Positions 8,866-17,442 of a stretch of 64,000 nucleotides of DNA are shown here, one piece after another. Position numbers and translations under genes: made by a program. Location: assembly GCA_039802265.1 (NCBI GenBank), contig JBDRWI010000003.1, positions 2,072 to 66,071 of the forward strand, given 5' to 3'. This stretch comes from a candidate division WOR-3 bacterium (lineage in GTDB: Bacteria > Hydrothermota > Tepidihabitantia > SM23-42 > JAOAFX01). The notes beneath the pieces were generated by a model, which had not been told where the DNA came from, ran no database searches, and saw only the letters and a program-made list of their open reading frames with translations. Position 1 is the first letter of the stretch; every line of letters begins with the position of its first letter.

Positions 8866-9324
8866 ATGACCGAATTAAAGGTGGGAATTGGTGAGGTAAG
8901 GGTTGAAAGGGGTGATGTGGTTCTTTCAGCATACGGTGTGGGGTCCTGTGTAGTGGTGGTCTTTTATGAAAAGGAAAAAAAAGTAGGAGGCCTTGCCCAT
9001 ATCCTTCTGCCCGGTGGAAATGAAGAGAGTCTCAAAACCTGTGGTGGTGCGATAAAGGAACTCTTAAGAAGATTTGAGGCACTGGGAATAAAAAGGGAAA
9101 ATATTGTGGCAAAGATTGCCGGTGGTGCTACAATGTTTAAAGAATTCAATCACTCCTCCATCGGCAAAAGGAATGTTATGGAAACCAGGGCACTTTTGGG
9201 AAAACTTGGGATACCGATTGTGGGTGAAGATGTACTGGGCGAGCGGGGCAGGACGGTTATCTTTAATCTCAAAAACGGTGAGGTGAGGGTAAGGTCTTAT
9301 CGTCGGGGTGAAAAGATTATATGA
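8866..9324 (+). CDS. cheD: Glutamine deamidase CheD
   Basis: GVGSCV (catalytic Cys), GLAHILLP (His), AKIAGGATMF, IGKRN. Confidence 0.93.
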   Translation: MTELKVGIGEVRVERGDVVLSAYGVGSCVVVVFYEKEKKVGGLAHILLPGGNEESLKTCGGAIKELLRRFEALGIKRENIVAKIAGGATMFKEFNHSSIGKRNVMETRALLGKLGIPIVGEDVLGERGRTVIFNLKNGEVRVRSYRRGEKII

Positions 9325-10337
9325 AAAAAAAGGTCTTGATTGTTGAGGATTCAATATTGATGCAGCGGGTGCTCGGTGATATTATCAAAAATAGTATAGA
9401 ATTTGAGGTATGTGCCTATGCCCGGAGTGTTGATGAGGGCTGGGCAAAGTTCAATAGACTCAAACCGGATATCATCACCCTTGATTATGAACTACCCGGA
9501 GAAAATGGGCTCGTCTTACTGAAGAAGATAATGGAACATAAACCTACACCGGTTCTTATGATCTCGGCCCATACCAAAGAAGGGGCAGAGTTGACCATAA
9601 AATCCTTAAAGATGGGGGCGGTTGACTTCTTTACAAAACCCTCCGGTCCGATCTCTCTTGACCTATATCAGTACAAAGAGGAACTGTTGAAAAAGCTCAT
9701 TTCGGTTGCCCAGGCAAATGTCTATTTCCGGGAAGAGAGTCCACTTATAAAGGTCCGGCAGCGCAGGCTTGATTATTATATCGGAATTGCCTCTTCAACC
9801 GGTGGGGTAAGAACATTGAATAGGTTGATCCCTCAATTTCCCAATGAGAGTGGTCTACGGATAATGGTGGTGCAACATATGCCCAGATTCTTCACCACCA
9901 GCCTCGCCCATCATCTAAATGAACAGTCAACCCTGGTAGTAAAAGAGGCACAGGATAACGATGAGATTTTACCGGACGAGGTTCTGATTGCACCCGGTGG
10001 CCTCCACATGAAGGTAAATGATACCGGAGAAAGGGTAATACTTTCTGATGAACCACCAAGGCATGGGGTAAAACCATCCGCCGATATCCTGTTTGAATCA
10101 ATGGCACAAGTCTACCAAAAGAAGATGATTGGTATAATTCTGAGTGGAATGGGGCATGATGGAACAATGGGGCTTAGAAAGGTTAAAGAGCGGGGCGGTA
10201 TTGTAATTGCCCAGGACCCAAAGGAGGCGACCATCGCGGGTATGCCTCAATCTGCAATTGAATCCGGGATTGTTGATTATATCCTTCCAGTAGCGAATAT
10301 CCCGGCGAAGATTATGGAGATTGCCGAAGATGACTGA
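9321..10337 (+). CDS. cheB: Receiver + methylesterase CheB
   Basis: REC domain (VED, DIITLD, KP); catalytic Ser/His/Asp in ASSTGG, VQHMP and GMGHDG. Confidence 0.95.
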   Translation: MKKKVLIVEDSILMQRVLGDIIKNSIEFEVCAYARSVDEGWAKFNRLKPDIITLDYELPGENGLVLLKKIMEHKPTPVLMISAHTKEGAELTIKSLKMGAVDFFTKPSGPISLDLYQYKEELLKKLISVAQANVYFREESPLIKVRQRRLDYYIGIASSTGGVRTLNRLIPQFPNESGLRIMVVQHMPRFFTTSLAHHLNEQSTLVVKEAQDNDEILPDEVLIAPGGLHMKVNDTGERVILSDEPPRHGVKPSADILFESMAQVYQKKMIGIILSGMGHDGTMGLRKVKERGGIVIAQDPKEATIAGMPQSAIESGIVDYILPVANIPAKIMEIAEDD

Positions 10338-11202
10338 AAAGATACAGGAGAAACTTGAGACATTAAAAAAGATGGTGGCTGATTACAAACCGCAGCTGGA
10401 GCAAGATATCAAAGAACTTATCAAGGGGATCTATATTGAAATTGCCAGTGCAAGTAAGGCATTAACTCAGGCCCAGGATGAATTGAGACGGATTGTCCTT
10501 GAAATTAAGAGCAAAAAGATATCGCAGGTTGATGCAGGTAGATTCTATGCATTCTTAAAATCAAAGACCTCGGCTGAACTTGATATTGCTACACTCATTG
10601 ACCGAGCCTGGAATCTTATTGTTGTGGAGGAAAATGACGAGGCAATAAAGGTTTTGAATGAGGCATTAAATATCAATCCCAAACATATTCGTGCCCTCGG
10701 GCTAATGGGACTGGCATTGATGAATAAGGAGTTGTACGATGAGGCAATGCTCTATTTTCAGAAGGTCTTGATTCAAGAACCCGAAAGCCCATTTGCCCTG
10801 AATAATTTAGGATTTATCTGCTACAAGAAGGGAATATGGGGCGAGGCGATTGAACACCTCTCAAAGGTAACAAAACAGACAAAGGACCGACAGGCAAGGC
10901 TTTATGCCAATTATTATCTTGGACTTGTCTATTATGAACGGGGAATGATTTCTGATGCAGTAAGATTTTTTGAGGAGGCAATAAAGATTGGACCCAATCT
11001 CCAGGAGGCCTACTACTACTTAGGAATGGCCGAGTTAAAAAGGTATGAATTCAAAAAGGCGGTAGAGTGGTTTGAAAGGTGTATCAAAATTGATGAGTCA
11101 ACCAAATATGCCCGACTCGCCAAAGAGGAACTGGCAAAGATAAAACCAATAACCGAGCCAGAGAAGATAATGAAGAAAAATTTGGGCAAGGATTCCCAAT
11201 AA
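10330..11202 (+). CDS. Coiled-coil + TPR repeat protein
   Basis: Helical N-terminus followed by about five TPR units. ATG 10330 overlaps the end of cheB. Confidence 0.8.
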   Translation: MTEKIQEKLETLKKMVADYKPQLEQDIKELIKGIYIEIASASKALTQAQDELRRIVLEIKSKKISQVDAGRFYAFLKSKTSAELDIATLIDRAWNLIVVEENDEAIKVLNEALNINPKHIRALGLMGLALMNKELYDEAMLYFQKVLIQEPESPFALNNLGFICYKKGIWGEAIEHLSKVTKQTKDRQARLYANYYLGLVYYERGMISDAVRFFEEAIKIGPNLQEAYYYLGMAELKRYEFKKAVEWFERCIKIDESTKYARLAKEELAKIKPITEPEKIMKKNLGKDSQ

Positions 11203-11982
11203 ATGAATCTGAAAGATATAATGTGTGATATTGCAGATTTCATTATCCATACTGGAGACTTTATATATAGAGTATCAAGACAAAAAAAGAGAATCCATTA
11301 CAAGGGGGCAGTTGACCTTGTAACCCAGTTTGATAAAATCTCCCAGCGGCGAATCGTCAATTTTCTTAAAAAGCAATTCCCCGATTTTGGAATTCTGAGT
11401 GAAGAGAACTTCCACCACCAGCGAGACAGTCAAATCAGGTGGATCCTTGACCCCCTTGATGGTACGACCAACTTTGCCCATAATCTTCCAATCTGGTCAA
11501 TCTCACTCGCCCTGGAGGTTGAAATGGAGATTGTCCTCGGAGTGGTTTACGACCCAACAAGAAGGGAGTTATTCTCCGCAATAAAGAGTCGGGGTGCCTA
11601 TTTAAATGGGAAGAGAATCAGGGTCTCAAGGACAAAGGATTTAAAAAAGAGCCTTTTGGTTACAGGATTTCCCTATGATATCCGGACCTCAAAGGATAAC
11701 AACATCAAAAATTTTGCGAAATTCTGTCTTTCTTCCCAGGCAGTAAGGAGGCTTGGCTCAGCTGCACTTGACCTCTGCTATACTGCCTGTGGCCGCTTTG
11801 ATGGATACTGGGAATTGAAATTATCACCCTGGGATCAGGCAGCGGGGTATTTAATCTTAAAAGAGGCAGGGGGAAAAATAACAGATTTTAAAGGGAATCC
11901 ATTTAGTATCTATGGGAGGGAGGTCTTAGGCACAAACGGCCTCATTCACAACCAGATGATAGAAATCCTTAATAAAAATTAA
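11203..11982 (+). CDS. suhB: Inositol monophosphatase family protein
   Basis: WILDPLDGTTNFAH, RRLGSAALDL and LSPWDQAAG. Confidence 0.93.
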   Translation: MNLKDIMCDIADFIIHTGDFIYRVSRQKKRIHYKGAVDLVTQFDKISQRRIVNFLKKQFPDFGILSEENFHHQRDSQIRWILDPLDGTTNFAHNLPIWSISLALEVEMEIVLGVVYDPTRRELFSAIKSRGAYLNGKRIRVSRTKDLKKSLLVTGFPYDIRTSKDNNIKNFAKFCLSSQAVRRLGSAALDLCYTACGRFDGYWELKLSPWDQAAGYLILKEAGGKITDFKGNPFSIYGREVLGTNGLIHNQMIEILNKN

Positions 11983-12000
11983 AAAAATTTATTTTATCCC

Positions 12001-12028
12001 TTGACAAATTAAAATTTTTGCATATAAT
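12001..12028 (+). promoter_or_regulatory. Sigma70-type promoter of the DUF2089 operon
   Basis: TTGACA 12001-12006, 16 nt, TATAAT 12023-12028; ATG at 12036. Confidence 0.75.
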
Positions 12029-12035
12029 ATATATT

Positions 12036-12395
12036 ATGATTAAGAAATTTAAAAATTGTCCATCCTGCGGGGAGAGGATGGTGATAAGTGAATTAAAGTG
12101 CCCTAAATGTGATTTGAGGGTAAAGAAGGATTTTACCCCTTGCGAATTCTGTCAGCTTCCGGAAGAGGATTATGAATTCTTAAAGGTCTTTTTGAGAACC
12201 GAGGGTAAGATAACCGATATGGAAAAGATTTTGAATGTCTCATACCCCACGATAAAGGCAAGGTTAAAGTCTCTATTAAACAGTCTCAATCTATCACCGA
12301 TTGGAGAGCCAATCGACCCGATTGAGGCAATTGCCCAGGGAAAGATTTCGGTTGATGAGGCAGTTGCGATATTAAAGAGCAGGAGGCAGAGATGA
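12036..12395 (+). CDS. DUF2089 family Zn-ribbon/HTH protein
   Basis: CPSC...CPKC, LNVSYPTIKARL and C-terminal GKISVDEA. Confidence 0.88.
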   Translation: MIKKFKNCPSCGERMVISELKCPKCDLRVKKDFTPCEFCQLPEEDYEFLKVFLRTEGKITDMEKILNVSYPTIKARLKSLLNSLNLSPIGEPIDPIEAIAQGKISVDEAVAILKSRRQR

Positions 12396-12562
12396 AATTC
12401 TGGGTCAATTCAATATTTTATGGGGTTATATTGCTTGCGATTGGAGTGATTATCTGGCTTTCCAATCTCCACATCATCCACATAGTCTGGCGTCGGGATT
12501 GGCCAGTAATTCTGATTGCAATTGGAGTGCTTGAACTAATAAAGGCCATCATAAGAAGATAG
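12392..12562 (+). CDS. Small two-TM membrane protein (LiaI/LiaF-like, DUF5668-like), 56 aa
   Basis: Below the ORF-track cutoff. ATGA overlap with the upstream gene and AGGAGG RBS; MKFWVNSIFYGVILLAIGVIIWLSNLHIIHIVWRRDWPVILIAIGVLELIKAIIRR. Confidence 0.8.
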   Translation: MKFWVNSIFYGVILLAIGVIIWLSNLHIIHIVWRRDWPVILIAIGVLELIKAIIRR

Positions 12563-12604
12563 TCCTTGAATGGGCAATTGATGGCAAAATGAATAGGAGG
12601 ATTT

Positions 12605-13003
12605 ATGTCTGAAGAGAGGATAAAGATATTAAGGATGGTTGCCGAGGGAAAGATTACCCCTGAGGAGGGAGAGCGCCTCTTGAGTGCCATCAAAGAGAGT
12701 GATGAGAAAGCAAGATTCTTCAGGGTTAGGGTCTCGGATAAAACATCGGGCAAGACCAAGGTTAAGGTTGATATCCCGATAGGAGTATTAAAGTTTGTCT
12801 CTAAACTCGGCACAATCTTTAAGGGAGTAATACCGGAAAAGGGATTCAAGATGAATATCAAGGGAAAAGAAATCTATCTTGATGAGATGACTCCAGAGAT
12901 TATTGATAATATCCTCAACGAAATTACTGAAGGAGGCAGGTTCACACTCGTTGAGGTTGATGACGATGAAGAGAATCAGCGCGTGGAGGTATTCATTGAA
13001 TGA
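12605..13003 (+). CDS. SHOCT-like domain protein (DUF2089-associated)
   Basis: EERIKILRMVAEGKITPEEGERLL and KVKVDIP; AGGAGG RBS. Confidence 0.8.
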   Translation: MSEERIKILRMVAEGKITPEEGERLLSAIKESDEKARFFRVRVSDKTSGKTKVKVDIPIGVLKFVSKLGTIFKGVIPEKGFKMNIKGKEIYLDEMTPEIIDNILNEITEGGRFTLVEVDDDEENQRVEVFIE

Positions 13004-13757
13004 AAGGTTGAGAATCCTTAAATTGTTAGAAGAGGGAAAGATAAATGCCGAAGAGGCGGCAAGGCTCTTGGAGGCTCTGAATTATGGAGAGTCAAAGAAA
13101 AAGAGCCGGTACTGGGGATTCTTTGATTTCTTTCCGAATTTTATCCATGAGTCTTTCAAAGATTTTGATTATGAAGAAAAGAGCAAGTTTGGTAAAAAAG
13201 AGAAGATTGAATTGCGGGGCGTAAGCGGCGATATTGAACTGATTGGCACCGATGATGAGATGATAAAAATCCAGAAGCGCGGACTGGCAAGAATCAGTGA
13301 GGAAGATGGTATCTTAAAAATACGGGCGGTAAGCGGCACTATTATCATCTGGACACCACCGAAGATAGATATTGAGCTGAAGAGCGTCTCCGGAAATCTA
13401 ACCATGGAAAATATTGAAGGAAGGGTAACCTTTCATTCGGTAGCAGGCAGGGTTAAAGGTAAAAATCTATCCGGCAGTCTCTATTGTAAAGTCGCGGGCG
13501 GCGATATTGAACTTGATTACCGAAGAATTGAAGAATTGAATATCAACTCTGGAGGTGATGTAATATTGCATCTACCTGAAGAAACCACCGCGGAGATTGA
13601 GATTACTGCTGGTGGCGAAATTCTTTGTGAATTTGAATTGAAAGAGGAGATAAATGAAAGGCAATATCTCAAGGGTATCATCAACTCGCCAAAGGCTAAG
13701 GTCAAAATCAACGCGGGTGGGGATGTATCTTTGATAAAAAGAACTTCAGGAGATTAA
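12996..13757 (+). CDS. SHOCT-like + DUF4097 beta-strand repeat protein (YvlB/LiaX-like)
   Basis: ERLRILKLLEEGKINAEEA followed by VSGDI/VSGTI/VSGNL/AGGDI repeats. TTG 12996 follows GGAGG. Confidence 0.8.
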   Translation: MNERLRILKLLEEGKINAEEAARLLEALNYGESKKKSRYWGFFDFFPNFIHESFKDFDYEEKSKFGKKEKIELRGVSGDIELIGTDDEMIKIQKRGLARISEEDGILKIRAVSGTIIIWTPPKIDIELKSVSGNLTMENIEGRVTFHSVAGRVKGKNLSGSLYCKVAGGDIELDYRRIEELNINSGGDVILHLPEETTAEIEITAGGEILCEFELKEEINERQYLKGIINSPKAKVKINAGGDVSLIKRTSGD

Positions 13758-13758
13758 G

Positions 13759-13929
13759 ATGGGTTGCCGGATACTAATTGCAATCTTTTTGATTGTGCTT
13801 GGCGGCTGGATATGGGCGAGTAACTGGGGGATTACGGTCTTTTCGTTCTACCGAGACTGGCCAGTAATACTTATCCTCATTGGAATGGGAATACTTTTGA
13901 AATTTAGAAGAAGGCGGCTTTCACGCTGA
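13759..13929 (+). CDS. Small two-TM membrane protein (DUF5668-like), 56 aa
   Basis: Below the ORF-track cutoff. MGCRILIAIFLIVLGGWIWASNWGITVFSFYRDWPVILILIGMGILLKFRRRRLSR shares RDWPVILI with 12392..12562. Confidence 0.78.
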   Translation: MGCRILIAIFLIVLGGWIWASNWGITVFSFYRDWPVILILIGMGILLKFRRRRLSR

Positions 13930-13941
13930 AACGGCAAAAAG

Positions 13942-14571
13942 ATGAATAAGGTTTTCTCTTTTACATTGGTTCCGTTTGTAGTATTAGTAAACCTTTTTTT
14001 GGGCGACGGAGGTCTGCTCAAGGCTGAGACAAGACCTTCATTGATGCACGGCTATACCCTTTATAGTCCAATCCCGTCAAAGCAGGGGGATTATCAACTA
14101 CCACCATTATCCTTTTATGCCGCTTACAAAAGACCACTCTTTAACTCGTTCATTACCGGTGCCCTAATAATGGAAGCAGCAGAAGAATCCTTACAACCAA
14201 AAAAACCATTCTGGAAACAGGCAGGAATTTATGGATTGGAGTTTATAGGTGCTGGTGCATCAGCCACTCTATTGGTGCCCATCGCCACGATATTTATTAT
14301 TGAAGGCGACCCGGACTACTGGCATTACGATGAGTGGACAGTCATCTATGCCTTTGGTAACGCCCTGTGCACCAGTACGTGCGCCTGGGGTATGGGAAGA
14401 TTGTTCAGGCAAAAGGGTAGTTGGTTGAAGGCCGCACTCTGTGCTGGTTTAGGAGGATTTATCGGCGGTTGTTATTTAACCACAGGGAATTCTTTCCGCG
14501 AAGAAGTGTGGCCCTGGATATTTGGTATAGGATTACCCGCCTCAGGTGCAGTTTGGGGATTTAACTTCTAA
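13942..14571 (+). CDS. Hypothetical exported/membrane protein with glycine-rich TM segments
   Basis: Signal-like N-terminus and several Gly-rich hydrophobic helices; family not recognised. Confidence 0.6.
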   Translation: MNKVFSFTLVPFVVLVNLFLGDGGLLKAETRPSLMHGYTLYSPIPSKQGDYQLPPLSFYAAYKRPLFNSFITGALIMEAAEESLQPKKPFWKQAGIYGLEFIGAGASATLLVPIATIFIIEGDPDYWHYDEWTVIYAFGNALCTSTCAWGMGRLFRQKGSWLKAALCAGLGGFIGGCYLTTGNSFREEVWPWIFGIGLPASGAVWGFNF

Positions 14572-15247
14572 GGGTTAGAAATATCCCCAATATATCCCCG
14601 GTTAAGGCAACAAGAAAATGTAGCATGGCACAGGGGATAAAGCTATGTGCCCGGATTCCCATTATTCCCAGAAAAAATCCGGCAAGGATTGAGCCATACG
14701 CCTCAAGGGGTGGTTTACGATAATGGAGCAGGGCAAAAGGAATTGTCTGGGTCAGTATTGCAATTCTATAGTCAATCTTCTTTGCCAGTCCAAAGAGCAT
14801 AAAGCCCCGGAAGAAGAATTCCCAGGCAAACATATGAAATAACTGGATGAGTTCATAGGTAATAAAAAAATTCCAGTTCTTGCCAGCCTTTTTGTATAAA
14901 GGATAGAAAGACCCAAGATTTGAAAACTTAAACGCAAGAATGAGCACAATCAACATAATACAAAAAAAGAACGCCAGGTCCTTTATCCAGATTTTTATCT
15001 TTCCCAAACTTATCCCGTAGTCTTTTGGTTTATTCTTAAATAAGACCATATGAAGAAACGGTGAAGTCAAATAGATAAACCCGGTGATTAGCAGTTTTTC
15101 AAGAAATGGCTCGTTAGCAAAGAATATCTTTGTTCTTTTAAGGTATATTGAAAATAGCAAAATAAAACAGGAATAAAGAATAATCGTCAGAACTTCTAAA
15201 TCAAACTTTTTTACTTCTGACAAAATCTCAGCCAGCCACTTCTTCAT
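14561..15247 (-). CDS. CPBP (Abi/CAAX) intramembrane metalloprotease
   Basis: WEFFFRG, FALLH and HFLVA motifs in a multi-TM protein. Confidence 0.88.
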   Translation of the reverse strand: MKKWLAEILSEVKKFDLEVLTIILYSCFILLFSIYLKRTKIFFANEPFLEKLLITGFIYLTSPFLHMVLFKNKPKDYGISLGKIKIWIKDLAFFFCIMLIVLILAFKFSNLGSFYPLYKKAGKNWNFFITYELIQLFHMFAWEFFFRGFMLFGLAKKIDYRIAILTQTIPFALLHYRKPPLEAYGSILAGFFLGIMGIRAHSFIPCAMLHFLVALTGDILGIFLTLRS

Positions 15248-15248
15248 C

Positions 15249-15710
15249 TTAATATTCTGCCCAATATATTTTGTAGTAATTTTTTTGTTTTCGGAAATAA
15301 CCCTTTACCGTGGCTGGTTGTATCACCCCACCAAAGACGAGTACACGCTCGTTTTCATATCTTGCTATAACCCTGATTCCGAGACTACAATGGGCATAAA
15401 CATAATTGTTTGTAGTAAGTGAATCAATCCAGACTTTTAATCCCGAAATCATTATATTTATTGAATCTGCAACATTGAAAAATTCGGCGATTTTTGACTT
15501 CAAACCTTCAAAATCAAGGTTATGCTGGTCAAGATAATCTGTGTCAAGATAATTAAAGACCATCCTTTCATCTTCACTTTCCACCGCCTCCTTCAACCGC
15601 TTTATATCCTTTATTAAATTTATCTTTTCGTCCGGTAACAATTTTTTAATTATGAATACAATAAGAATACTGATAAGTATAATCAGAGTTATTTTTTGCC
15701 ATTTGTTCAT
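15249..15710 (-). CDS. Hypothetical membrane-anchored protein (possible NTF2-like fold)
   Basis: N-terminal TM followed by an alpha/beta domain; tightly packed with its neighbours. Confidence 0.6.
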   Translation of the reverse strand: MNKWQKITLIILISILIVFIIKKLLPDEKINLIKDIKRLKEAVESEDERMVFNYLDTDYLDQHNLDFEGLKSKIAEFFNVADSINIMISGLKVWIDSLTTNNYVYAHCSLGIRVIARYENERVLVFGGVIQPATVKGYFRKQKNYYKIYWAEY

Positions 15711-15712
15711 CT

Positions 15713-17257
15713 TCAGGAAATGATTAGCAAAATACCCAGTCCAAAGAACAGAAGGGCGGTTAAAAGCTTTATCAGCGGTATTCGCCTTGATAGTGCATCC
15801 GCGACATTTTCCCGGGAAATAAGGCTTGTTAGAACCGCAATGATAATCAGGGGAAAGATGAACATAATGTTATAAATGATCAAAAGAATCACGGGTTTGA
15901 GTCCCAGGGCAGCCCTAGAAACAACGAAGGTAATTGTGGGGAGATATACCTGCCCGGTGCATCCAAATTCAAGAAAAGAGATTAACCCTCCGGCAATAAA
16001 AGAACCGATTATTATTCCGCCAACCCCGGTTTTTTCCTTTATCTCTTTATGAATCCGCTGTTTGATTATAAGGGGTAATTGGAGAATCATCCTGTTAAAA
16101 TCTCCGCGCCGTGCTACAAAATAGTCATAAAGGCTCAATATACCAAGAATAAGCGCAAAAATTCCAAATGATAAGAATATTATCCGCCTTAAAAATTTTA
16201 TTGCTGAAAGCATATTTATAATGGTATAGGCACCGAATCCAATTGCGAGATAGCATAGAAAGACCGCCGAAATAAAGGATACAGCCATTGCAATAATTGA
16301 TTTCTTCTTTTGGCCAATGAAGATAAGGTAACTTATAAAGAAGATAATGGTTGCAAAGGCACAGGGGTTTACTCCATCTATTAAACCTGCAAGCATAATA
16401 CCCAAGATAGAAAATTTTTTAAATCTCTCTACAATACCCTCTTCCGCAGCCGTGAATTTTAATGTATCAAGTCTTGGGCTTCCCCCTGAATATTTTTGCA
16501 GTAGACCCTCCAATTTGTCAGCGGCGATATCCCTTATAATAAAATCTTCACCAATAAATATTGCCGGGACAATCAATCTCCTTGCTTCCGGAATTTTTGT
16601 TAAATCAGCAAGTCCCTCATAAAGAATCTTGCTCTTAGCGTCAAAGATGTTATAACGATGGATGACCATATCTGGGTATTTTTCCTTCAAACCATTAAGG
16701 AGTGCCTCAGCGCGATTGCATTCTGGGCAGGATGGTTGATAGAAGTAATACAAATTGACCTCTTTAGTGGTTTTCTTCAGGGTATCTTGTTTTACCGCAA
16801 CGGTGTCCCTTTTTACTGGAGGAATTTTTCTTTCCGCATATCTCTTTAGGATCAAACCCAATTTCTCTTTTACTGCTTCTGGTCCATAAAATGCCGAATC
16901 ACCAACAAAGACAATGGGCAGATCTTCACCGATATTCTGGATATTCTTTTCTTTCTCCATCTGCTCAAGTAGTTTGTAATTGTCAAGATTGTTCAGGTCA
17001 TATTTTTTCAAATTGAATTTATAGACTCTTTGTAGTAGCGGAATATCACCAAGGAGTATATCCATACAATGGCCGCAGGAAGGTGAATAGAAGAAATGGA
17101 CGGTAATCACCTCTGAAGCCGCGTTGGCATAAAATGGTAAAAATAAGTTCAAAATTCCGATGGCAGATGCCAGATGCCCACCAATTAGATTCAAAACTTT
17201 TTGTTTACTTGTCAATATATTTAAATTTCGGAATTTTGGGGTTTGGGATTTTATCAT
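15713..17257 (-). CDS. Double thioredoxin/glutaredoxin domain + CcdA/DsbD-like TM protein
   Basis: CGHC and CPEC motifs; GLIDGVNPCAF and EFGCTGQVYLP membrane cysteines. Start codon uncertain. Confidence 0.85.
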   Translation of the reverse strand: MIKSQTPKFRNLNILTSKQKVLNLIGGHLASAIGILNLFLPFYANAASEVITVHFFYSPSCGHCMDILLGDIPLLQRVYKFNLKKYDLNNLDNYKLLEQMEKEKNIQNIGEDLPIVFVGDSAFYGPEAVKEKLGLILKRYAERKIPPVKRDTVAVKQDTLKKTTKEVNLYYFYQPSCPECNRAEALLNGLKEKYPDMVIHRYNIFDAKSKILYEGLADLTKIPEARRLIVPAIFIGEDFIIRDIAADKLEGLLQKYSGGSPRLDTLKFTAAEEGIVERFKKFSILGIMLAGLIDGVNPCAFATIIFFISYLIFIGQKKKSIIAMAVSFISAVFLCYLAIGFGAYTIINMLSAIKFLRRIIFLSFGIFALILGILSLYDYFVARRGDFNRMILQLPLIIKQRIHKEIKEKTGVGGIIIGSFIAGGLISFLEFGCTGQVYLPTITFVVSRAALGLKPVILLIIYNIMFIFPLIIIAVLTSLISRENVADALSRRIPLIKLLTALLFFGLGILLIIS

Positions 17258-17265
17258 AAAATAAT

Positions 17266-17338
17266 TGGGTCATGCAGGATTCGAACCTGCGGCCACCGGA
17301 TTAAAAATCCGATGCTCTGCCAACTGAGCTAATGACCC
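17266..17338 (-). tRNA. tRNA-Lys (UUU)
   Basis: GGGTCAT TA GCTC AGTTGGCA GAGC A TCGGA TTTTTAA TCCGG TGGCC GCAGG TTCGAAT CCTGC ATGACCC A; 73 nt cloverleaf, CCA not encoded. Confidence 0.95.
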
Positions 17339-17399
17339 AAGCAATCATTATCTTATCCAAAAATTATTGATTGTCAAGCACCCTTTTTTGTCTGGGCAC

Positions 17400-17427
17400 T
17401 TGACACTGGAAAAAGGATATCTATAAT
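17400..17427 (+). promoter_or_regulatory. Sigma70-type promoter of the BTAD regulator, divergent from the tRNA
   Basis: TTGACA 17400-17405, 16 nt, TATAAT 17422-17427. Confidence 0.7.
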
Positions 17428-17442
17428 TATCTTTGTAAAAAT

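Noticed and set aside
8064-10337. Standard flagellar chemotaxis operon
   Set aside because: No cheA, cheW, cheY, MCP or flagellar gene in the window; they may exist elsewhere in the genome.
12418-12861. 147 aa minus-strand ORF and the many other short antisense or nested ORFs in the track
   Set aside because: They lie opposite or within well-supported genes and show no recognisable motifs.
14561-15247. Abortive-infection defence gene
   Set aside because: The Abi/CPBP name denotes a common intramembrane protease family; there is no defence-island context.
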